Positions 30,995 to 38,207 of a stretch of DNA of 64,000 nucleotides are shown here, in pieces; the stretch's first letter is position 1, and the number at the start of each line of letters is the position of its first letter. A program made the translations under genes and the position numbers. Source of the DNA: Candidatus Latescibacterota bacterium (lineage in GTDB: Bacteria > Latescibacterota > UBA2968). The stretch is from assembly GCA_965204745.1 (NCBI GenBank), contig OZ242010.1, forward strand, positions 3,904,001 through 3,968,000, given 5' to 3'. A model generated the notes under the pieces. The model had not been told where the DNA came from. It saw only the letters and a list, made by a program, of their open reading frames with translations, and ran no database searches.

Positions 30995-33388
30995 ATGGTT
31001 CTCACGGATGCCAGGGTTAGGCGGTCAGTCGCGGGCAAACGTCCCGTTCTGCTCGCTTGCTTACCGCTTCTCCTCGCGCTTTCAACGGTCTTTGTTTTTA
31101 GCCATGACCTGCGAAGTCACCTTGTGCGTTCTGTGGGTCACTCTGACTTTACGAATCATAAAATGGCGATATCCGCCAACCTTTCTCCAGATCACAACTT
31201 CTTGATGTTCTATCGCCAAACGCTCAATGCCGATGGCGCGGTTTCTTACGAACCGCATAATCGCTTTCCCATAGGTGGGTATGTGCTCATCGCGCTGGCT
31301 ATCCTGCCCTTTGGCGATGACTTGGCAACCCAACTCTATGCGGCAAGGACCCTGATGTTGCTGTGCTTTGTTGCCACAGCGCTGCTGGCGTATCTCTGCC
31401 TTTGCCGGCTGACACATCATCCCTGGATCGCCACAACCGCGACGCTCTTGGCGTTCTCATCGTTCTATTGCTTGTTTTACAGCGATATGGTGTTCAATGA
31501 AACGGGGATCGACCTGCTCGGGGTGATGCTGACCTTTCACGGGATGGTCATTTTCTTCGGAGAGGGTCGTTTTCGGCAACTGCTGGTCAAGACGTGCATC
31601 GCGCTGTTTTTGGGCTGGCATGTGTACGCGTTGCTGTTGCCCTTTATCGCGCTCGGAGTGGTGCGAGAATGCCTCCACATGCGTTCAGTCCCTTTCAGGC
31701 TGAAGTGCTCCCGCCTGCTTCGCAGTCGCTATGTGTTGCTCGGCATTGTCGCATTGCTCGTTGGGCTGTCCTTGTTGACCTTTAATTTTGTCAATGAATA
31801 CGTCGCGCTGAAAGGTGAAAAAGCACTGACGGAATTACCGTCTTTCCGGTCTATGATATATCGCACGGGAATAGGTCCGAATATATATAACAAGTACCCC
31901 TTGAGTTGGGATTTCTTCCTGATAGAACAATTCTTTCGTATTGATTTGGTGTGCATGCCGTATTTCATCCTGTCCTGCCTCGATGCACTTCCCCCGGAGT
32001 TTTATGTGCCCTTGTCCGTTGGTGTGGGCATTGGGGTGTCTATTGCGTGTCTGGTGGGGGTGTATTTCACGCGCCCGAGAATCCTTTGGGCGACCTTGGT
32101 TCTGTTTGGCTTCTGTTGGGCATTGCCCATGCGCCATACCGTTAAATTGATTTCCCATGACTTCGAGAGCGTGTTTTACATCGGCCTGCCTCTGGTCTTC
32201 TTCTCGCTTATTCTGCTGTGTCTATCCCGACGCTTCAAGGCCCCGCCTTTGACGGTCGGCTTTGCGGGTGTTGCCCTGATCGTCTTTGTCCTTTCCAGTT
32301 TTCAGATGAGCCATTTCTATGCCCCCGATGCGACGCAACGCCAAAAGGCTGAGCTAGCAGACGCGACAGCCATCCGCCGGTTAACGACAGAAAACGACCC
32401 CATTTTTATTTTTTTTTTCTTGTCCAACTCCTACATCGAGACAAATCGGATAGGATACTATCTGAACCGGAGAATTATTCACTCTCATGCTCTCACCGCA
32501 GAGGGCTTCACAGTGATGTTTGATCGCCTGGAGACAGACGCGTTGCTCACGCCGAAAAACGAGCGGATATTCCTCTATGACTCCAAGAAATTGCTCGAGG
32601 AGTATCGGCAGGTATATCAACGGGTCGTGTCTGGCGAGGTGGTGGCGCGCTCGACCTTCGATGTGTACCGCGACGAGCGTGTGTTGCATTACGTCAAAAG
32701 TCCCTGTTCTGACGCGGACATGCAGACCGAATTCTTCTTGCACATCTTTCCGACAGACACGCAGGAACTGCCCCCTCATCGCTGGCGGTGGGGGTATGAC
32801 AACTTGGCTATCCGCCTGTACCCATTTTCCACGTTCCGCTCTCAGCGCTGGCGGTGGGGGTATGACAACGACGGCTTTTCTTTTGATACGCGAGGTCTGC
32901 GGTTCGATGACAAATGCTTGGCGAGCATCGCGCTTCCACACTACGACATCGCCCGGATTGAAACCGGACCACTTTCCCCCGGCCAAAGCAAAGAACGCGC
33001 TGATGATCCCGGGATGCTCAAAGCGCATCGGCAGGCATATCAACGGGTAGTATCTGGCGAGGTGGTGGCGCGGTCAACCTTTGATGTGTATCGCGACGAG
33101 CGCGTGTTGCATTACGTCAAAACGCCCTGTTCTGATGCGGACGTGAAAACCAAATTCTTCTTGCACATCTTTCCGACCAAGAAGGAACCATCCTCCCTGC
33201 ACTATCGGTGGAGGTATAAAAACATCGACTTTGATTTTTCTTCCTACGGCTTGCGGTTCGATGACAAATGCTTGGCGAGCATCGCGCTTCCGCCCTACGA
33301 CATCGCCCGTATTGAAACGGGTCAGTTCAACAATGATGGAGTTAGAGTGTGGGAGGCAGAAATTTTTCTCAACGCGCAGTCAAAGTAG
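30995..33388 (+). CDS. Polytopic GT-C-like membrane protein with two tandem C-terminal soluble domains
   Basis: About 10-11 TMs in the N-terminal half; duplicated domain ARSTFDVY..HYVK.PC..FFLHIFP..GLRFDDKCLASIALP.YDIARIETG; GT-C call is inference. Confidence 0.65.
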   Translation: MVLTDARVRRSVAGKRPVLLACLPLLLALSTVFVFSHDLRSHLVRSVGHSDFTNHKMAISANLSPDHNFLMFYRQTLNADGAVSYEPHNRFPIGGYVLIALAILPFGDDLATQLYAARTLMLLCFVATALLAYLCLCRLTHHPWIATTATLLAFSSFYCLFYSDMVFNETGIDLLGVMLTFHGMVIFFGEGRFRQLLVKTCIALFLGWHVYALLLPFIALGVVRECLHMRSVPFRLKCSRLLRSRYVLLGIVALLVGLSLLTFNFVNEYVALKGEKALTELPSFRSMIYRTGIGPNIYNKYPLSWDFFLIEQFFRIDLVCMPYFILSCLDALPPEFYVPLSVGVGIGVSIACLVGVYFTRPRILWATLVLFGFCWALPMRHTVKLISHDFESVFYIGLPLVFFSLILLCLSRRFKAPPLTVGFAGVALIVFVLSSFQMSHFYAPDATQRQKAELADATAIRRLTTENDPIFIFFFLSNSYIETNRIGYYLNRRIIHSHALTAEGFTVMFDRLETDALLTPKNERIFLYDSKKLLEEYRQVYQRVVSGEVVARSTFDVYRDERVLHYVKSPCSDADMQTEFFLHIFPTDTQELPPHRWRWGYDNLAIRLYPFSTFRSQRWRWGYDNDGFSFDTRGLRFDDKCLASIALPHYDIARIETGPLSPGQSKERADDPGMLKAHRQAYQRVVSGEVVARSTFDVYRDERVLHYVKTPCSDADVKTKFFLHIFPTKKEPSSLHYRWRYKNIDFDFSSYGLRFDDKCLASIALPPYDIARIETGQFNNDGVRVWEAEIFLNAQSK

Positions 33389-33406
33389 GTGATACATCTG
33401 AGAGTA

Positions 33407-33676
33407 GGTAAGACGCGAGACGCAAGAGGGGAGAGGCAAGACGCAAGAGGGGAGAGGTAAGACGCAAGAGGGGAGAGGCAAGACGCAAGAGGCAAGAGGT
33501 AAGAGGCAAGAGGGGAGAGGCAAGACGCAAGAGGCGAAAAGCGAAACGCAAGAGGGCCATCGTCAAGTTGACGAAAGGCGAGCGGGGATGGGGACGCACA
33601 TGGCGGGGCAAGGTAGCGGAAGGGATCGCACGGGTGGTTGGGTGGCCTTCTCACGTCTTGCCTCTACCTTCTCACT
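33407..33676 (+). repeat. Long purine B array, 76-bp direct repeat copy 2, then pyrimidine B tract
   Basis: About 20 units of ACGCAAG/AGGGGAG/AGGCAAG; DR at 33570-33645; TCTCACG TCTTGCC follow. Confidence 0.9.
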
Positions 33677-33685
33677 TTTTGGGGT

Positions 33686-33708
33686 GTAGGATGCCCCCGT
33701 GCTCGGTC
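33686..33708 (+). repeat. Degenerate GTAG-type REP
   Basis: GTAGGATGCCCCCGTGCTCGGTC followed by GAAGATACAAGATG, as at 56501. Confidence 0.55.
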
Positions 33709-33730
33709 GAAGATACAAGATGGAGCGAGG

Positions 33731-34978
33731 ATGTTTGAAACGGACAAATACGATCTGATCATCGTGGGTGCAGGGCCTGCGGGGGCGACTGCGGCGCTGT
33801 ATGCCCATCGCACGGGATTGCGGGTCTGCTTGGTGGATAAGGCGCGGTTTCCGCGGGACAAAATCTGTGGGGACGCGCTATCGGGCAAAGTGGTGTCGAT
33901 CTTGCACGAACTCGATTTGCTCGATGACATAGCGCGATTGCCGGGCGCGGCGATTCGGAAAGTGGTGTTTGGTAGCCCTGATCATGCGGTTGCGCGGGTG
34001 GATTTGCGCGGGTATGACCACCGAGATCGCGCAACCGGCAAAATTTTGCCAATGGAAGGCTTTGTGATTCGGCGCGCCGTGCTGGATCACTTCTTGTTTG
34101 AAAAAGCGCGAAAAATCGTCGATGCGTGTTACGAGGGATTCGCGGTCAAAGCCCTGCTGTTTGAACGCGGACAAGTGGTGGGGGTGCGCGGGGTGGTGGA
34201 TGGCGTGGAACGCGAGATACGGGCGCGCGTGGTATTGGGGGCCGATGGATTCAATTCGATAGTGGCGCGCAAGGCGGGCCTATACGCGCACGCATCCGCG
34301 CATTGGGTGGTGGCAATTCGGCGTTATTACGAAAATGTGGCGGGGCTGAGCGACCAGATCGAGTTGCACTTTGTCGATGAAGTCTTGCCCGGCTACTTCT
34401 GGATTTTTCCGCTGGAAAATGGAACGGCAAATGTGGGCATTGGCATGCGCCACGACGCGCTGAAGAAACGGAACGTGAATTTGAAAGCCGCATTAAACGC
34501 GGTGATTCACCGCCCGCCTTATGCCCATCGGTTCAAAGACGCGCGACCACTCGAAGACCCAGTGGGCTGGAATTTGCCCGTGGGCAGTACGCGCCGCAAA
34601 AGTTATGGCGATGGCGTGTTGCTCTTGGGCGATGCCGCGGGCTTGATCGACCCCTTCACCGGCGAGGGCATTGGCAACGCCCTGTATTCGGCACGCTTTG
34701 CCGTCGAAGTGGTGAAAGAAGCACTTATAGCCAGGGATCATTCAGCGGCTTTTTTGAAGCGATACGAAGACCGCTTGTGGGATGCGATAGGCGACGAATT
34801 GGCGACGAGCACGCGGATGCAGAAACTGGGCCAATGGCGCCCCCTACTCAATTTCACCATCCACAAAGCCTCACACAACGCCACGGTCCGCGATCTCATC
34901 TGCGGCATGATGGCTAACGCCGTCCCCAAAAAACACCTCACAAATCCGTTGTTTTATTTGAAATTGTTGTTCAGTTGA
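33731..34978 (+). CDS. Geranylgeranyl reductase family FAD oxidoreductase
   Basis: GAGPAG, FPRDKICGD, GADG, GYFWIFP, GDAAGLIDPFTGEGI. Confidence 0.9.
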   Translation: MFETDKYDLIIVGAGPAGATAALYAHRTGLRVCLVDKARFPRDKICGDALSGKVVSILHELDLLDDIARLPGAAIRKVVFGSPDHAVARVDLRGYDHRDRATGKILPMEGFVIRRAVLDHFLFEKARKIVDACYEGFAVKALLFERGQVVGVRGVVDGVEREIRARVVLGADGFNSIVARKAGLYAHASAHWVVAIRRYYENVAGLSDQIELHFVDEVLPGYFWIFPLENGTANVGIGMRHDALKKRNVNLKAALNAVIHRPPYAHRFKDARPLEDPVGWNLPVGSTRRKSYGDGVLLLGDAAGLIDPFTGEGIGNALYSARFAVEVVKEALIARDHSAAFLKRYEDRLWDAIGDELATSTRMQKLGQWRPLLNFTIHKASHNATVRDLICGMMANAVPKKHLTNPLFYLKLLFS

Positions 34979-34980
34979 AT

Positions 34981-35093
34981 CAGTCCGCCCCGCCCAACCG
35001 CCCTTCGGTAAGAGGTAAGACGGGAGAGGTAAGACGGGAGAGGTAAGATGGGAGAGGTAAGATGGGAGAGGTAAGACGGGAGAGGCGAAAGGC
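34981..35093 (-). repeat. B-type array (TCTTACC/TCTCCCR) with TCTTACCGAA end, linker and A stub
   Basis: Reverse complement of the B-to-A junction seen at 6241-6285. Confidence 0.9.
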
Positions 35094-35229
35094 AACCCCT
35101 GATGAACACCGATAAAAGACAAGGCATCTGCGTTCTTATACCACGCGGGGATAGGTCCGTGGTTGCACGCTACACGTTGCATGTTTATATTCGCTGACCG
35201 CTAACCGCTATTTTCACAGGAGGTAACAC

Positions 35230-36093
35230 ATGCATGTGGGCATGCGAATCCCGCCGATGGGTCGGGAAATGGGATTGGAAGGTATTATTCAATGGGCCGC
35301 AGACAATGGTTTGGCGTCGATTGATCTGCCCGAAGTCGATGCTGAAATTCGCGCGTGGTGCGACCGTGCGAAAATCGGTATTGGCAGCGTGGATTGGGGC
35401 GCAGGAGGCGGTGTGTTGAGCAAAGATGATCGCGTGCGAAACAAAGCCGTGGGCGCGATGAAGCAACGCGTCCGCGCAGTTGCCGAGCACGGCTCTGGCG
35501 TGATTTTTCTGTGTCTCTCGCCCGATGACCGGTTGCAGAAGCGCGCCGAGACGTTTGAGGTGTTCGAACAGAGCTATCCCGAGATCGTGGCAGAAGCAGA
35601 GGCGTGCGAGGTTTTTCTCGCCATTGAACCCTGGCCTGGGCCACCGCCCGCGTATCCGAATTTGGGGTGTACGCCCGAAACCCTGCGCGCGGTGTTCAAG
35701 GCTGTGCCGTCTCCCAATTTGGGAATATGTTACGATCCATCGCACTTTGCGCGCATTGGCGTGGATTACAAGCGCGTGCTGATCGAGTTTGGCGACCGGG
35801 TGCGGCATGTGCATGCCAAAGATACCGAACGCTTGGCAGATGGGCTTTACGAGTTTGGGTACCTGGGCCAATCGTTTGGACAACGCTACGGGCACGGCGA
35901 AGGTTGGTGGCGGTATTGCATTCCCGGCTGGGGCGTGGTGGATTGGAAATGGGTGGTGGCGCGTCTGGAAGAAATCGGCTATGACGGCCCCCTGTCCATT
36001 GAATTAGAAGACCACCGCTACAGCGGCAGTGCAGAAAAAAACGCAGCGGGCATCCTGTCTGCAAAACGCTATCTCGAAGCGATTTTGGAATAA
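35230..36093 (+). CDS. Sugar phosphate isomerase/epimerase (TIM barrel)
   Basis: LAIEPW, YDPSH, HVHAKD, PGWGVVDW, SIELED. Confidence 0.85.
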   Translation: MHVGMRIPPMGREMGLEGIIQWAADNGLASIDLPEVDAEIRAWCDRAKIGIGSVDWGAGGGVLSKDDRVRNKAVGAMKQRVRAVAEHGSGVIFLCLSPDDRLQKRAETFEVFEQSYPEIVAEAEACEVFLAIEPWPGPPPAYPNLGCTPETLRAVFKAVPSPNLGICYDPSHFARIGVDYKRVLIEFGDRVRHVHAKDTERLADGLYEFGYLGQSFGQRYGHGEGWWRYCIPGWGVVDWKWVVARLEEIGYDGPLSIELEDHRYSGSAEKNAAGILSAKRYLEAILE

Positions 36094-36122
36094 CAGCGGA
36101 CGCATTATCGACACATAAAACC

Positions 36123-36158
36123 AAAACCCCGGCGTCGTCAAAAGACGATACCGGGGTT
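36123..36158. terminator. Intrinsic terminator between convergent genes
   Basis: AACCCCGG CGTCGTC aaaa GACGATA CCGGGGTT. Confidence 0.7.
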
Positions 36159-36169
36159 CTCGTTGTCTG

Positions 36170-36290
36170 ACCTCCTCCCCACCTATCCCCGTGCGTGCCC
36201 GTCCCGTCTCTACCCCGCTGTGTGCGGCACCACCGCTCCGCCCATCCGCCGTGTGCGTTCCCGTCTCCACCCCGCTTTGTGCGTTCTGTG
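36170..36290 (-). repeat. Degenerate ~26-31 nt G-rich repeats (CGCACANNGCGG)
   Basis: About 4 units; related units at 30876-30975 and 33590-33645. Confidence 0.6.
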
Positions 36291-36291
36291 G

Positions 36292-37188
36292 CTAAACGCT
36301 CATCTCGTCTATCACCGCCTGCATCGTAGCCCCCATTTCCGCGGGGCTTTCGCAGACGTGGATGCCCGCATCTCGGAGGGCCGCCATTTTATCAGCGGCA
36401 GAGCCTTGTCCGCCCGAGATGATCGCGCCTGCGTGTCCCATGCGCCGGCCGGGGGGCGCGGTTTGGCCCGCGATAAAACTGACCACGGGCTTGTCGAAAT
36501 GGGCTTTGACGTACGCGGCGGCTTCCTCTTCCGCAGTGCCCCCGATTTCCCCGATCATGATCACGGCGTCCGTGTCCGTGTCGTCCCGAAAGAGCATGAG
36601 GCAGTCCGTGAAGGTCGTGCCGATGATCGGATCTCCGCCAATGCCCACGCAGGACGATTGCCCAAACCCGGCATCGGTGAGTTGCGAGACCGCCTCGTAC
36701 GTGAGCGTGCCGCTGCGCGAAATCACGCCGATGCGCCCCTCGCGGTGAATCGCGCCGGGCATAATACCGATTTTGCACTTGCCCGGGGAAATCAGCCCCG
36801 GACAATTTGGGCCGATCAAGCGCGTGGGTTTATCCGCCAAGTAGTGTTTGACTTTGAGCATGTCCAAAACCGGGATGTGCTCGGAAATGCACACGACCAA
36901 AGGCAGGCCCGCATCGGCGGCCTCCATAATGGTGTCCGCAGCAAAGGGCGCGGGAACGAAATTGGCCGATGCCGTGGCACCGGTTTGTGCTATCGCTTCG
37001 GAGACCGTGTCAAACACCGGCACCCCATCCGCGCTTTCGCCGCCCTTGCCCGCGTTGACCACGCCGACGACCTGAGTGCCGTATTCCATCATTTGTTGCA
37101 GATGAAACCGCGCCTCGCCCCCCATTGCCCTGCTGCTGGAAAATGTCTGGACGATCACGCGGGTGTCGCTGTCAATGAGAATGCCCAT
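36292..37188 (-). CDS. sucD: Succinyl-CoA synthetase alpha subunit
   Basis: [33 protein letters not shown]. Confidence 0.95.
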   Translation of the reverse strand: MGILIDSDTRVIVQTFSSSRAMGGEARFHLQQMMEYGTQVVGVVNAGKGGESADGVPVFDTVSEAIAQTGATASANFVPAPFAADTIMEAADAGLPLVVCISEHIPVLDMLKVKHYLADKPTRLIGPNCPGLISPGKCKIGIMPGAIHREGRIGVISRSGTLTYEAVSQLTDAGFGQSSCVGIGGDPIIGTTFTDCLMLFRDDTDTDAVIMIGEIGGTAEEEAAAYVKAHFDKPVVSFIAGQTAPPGRRMGHAGAIISGGQGSAADKMAALRDAGIHVCESPAEMGATMQAVIDEMSV

Positions 37189-37217
37189 AAGGTGTTCCTC
37201 GTAGGTTAAAGGTGATG

Positions 37218-37316
37218 TGTGAAACGCGAGATGCGAGAGGGGAGAAGACCGTGGCCCACAACCCCAAGTTGTCAGTTGTCAGTTGTCAGTTGTCAGTCCC
37301 CGCCTCCGCCCTACCG
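37218..37316 (-). repeat. Linker, (ACTGACA)x4, ACTTGGGGTTG, then B tract, upstream of sucD
   Basis: Same A-to-B module order as 6153-6258. Confidence 0.85.
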
Positions 37317-37377
37317 CTCATCAATGTGATATTTGTTGTGCTGGTCCGAGATCATTAGGAGAACGTCGTATTGAGCG

Positions 37378-37896
37378 CTACGTCATAATCACGCCTTCGT
37401 GCCTCAGCAAAAACGCTTTCTTGTCCAATCCCCCGGCGTATCCCGTCAGACTGCCGGACGCGCCAACCACGCGATGGCACGGCACTGCGATAGCTATGGG
37501 ATTCTTGCCATTGGCCGCGCCCACCGCTTGTGACGCGCCCACATTGCCCAAGGCGCGGGCGATGTCTCCGTACGCGCGCGTTTGCCCAAAGGGGATTTCC
37601 CGCACCAACGCCCACACGCGCTGCTGAAAATCCGTGCCGTGCAACTCCAATGGCAAATCAAAACGTCTCGACGTCCCGTCAAAATACATCGTCAGTTGTT
37701 GCACCGCCTCGTCAAGGACCGCGTGCGCCCTCGCCCGAGGCAACGCCATCTTCGCCCGCTCGGTCTGTTCACCCGCAAACGCAATCGCCCGGATGCCCGC
37801 ATCTGACGCCAACACGGTCAACGCCCCCAACGGACTCGCCACCTCGCGCCAAACAGTCTCGCCCGGCAATTTCTTTAAGAGATGCAAATCGAACAT
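37378..37896 (-). CDS. ogt: Methylated-DNA-protein-cysteine methyltransferase
   Basis: GTDFQQRVW, IPFG, AVGAANG, PCHRV. Confidence 0.93.
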   Translation of the reverse strand: MFDLHLLKKLPGETVWREVASPLGALTVLASDAGIRAIAFAGEQTERAKMALPRARAHAVLDEAVQQLTMYFDGTSRRFDLPLELHGTDFQQRVWALVREIPFGQTRAYGDIARALGNVGASQAVGAANGKNPIAIAVPCHRVVGASGSLTGYAGGLDKKAFLLRHEGVIMT

Positions 37897-38030
37897 CGCG
37901 CGCTCCGATGAGTGGTCAGTGGTTAGCGGTCGGCAAAACGAGCGGTTAAAAGGCTTTTATTATACACAAAAACGAGCTGTATGCCTAAAAAAATAGCCCT
38001 TCAAACACCCGTCGATGCTCAACCTCGCCC

Positions 38031-38059
38031 TTGAAATCCAGCGCATTCCGTATTATATT
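38031..38059 (+). promoter_or_regulatory. Sigma70-type promoter of sucA
   Basis: TTGAAA-N17-TATATT. Confidence 0.6.
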
Positions 38060-38207
38060 ACTGATGAAAGTAAGCGGGCAGAGGAAAAGTCTCCCGCCTG
38101 CCGTCACTCCGCTGAACGGGTTTTGCCATTAGAGAGCCACCCTCTGATTCAGCAAGGGGAGAACGTCACTACGGGGAGTAGAAATTCTCAAGTGATGGAG
38201 GATACTT

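Noticed and set aside
29895-30995. tmRNA (ssrA) or integrated prophage next to smpB
   Set aside because: No tRNA-like ends, tag ORF, integrase or phage genes were recognised.
32600-33325. DGR template/variable repeat pair
   Set aside because: Both copies are in frame in one ORF, the mismatches are mostly synonymous and not adenine-specific, and there is no RT.
30931-33569. Integron cassette with attC sites
   Set aside because: The flanks are direct repeats without RYYYAAC/GTTRRRY inverse cores; no intI.
38061-38110. Hammerhead ribozyme (CTGATGA)
   Set aside because: No stem II-GAAA and matching cleavage-site geometry; the motif overlaps the predicted TSS.
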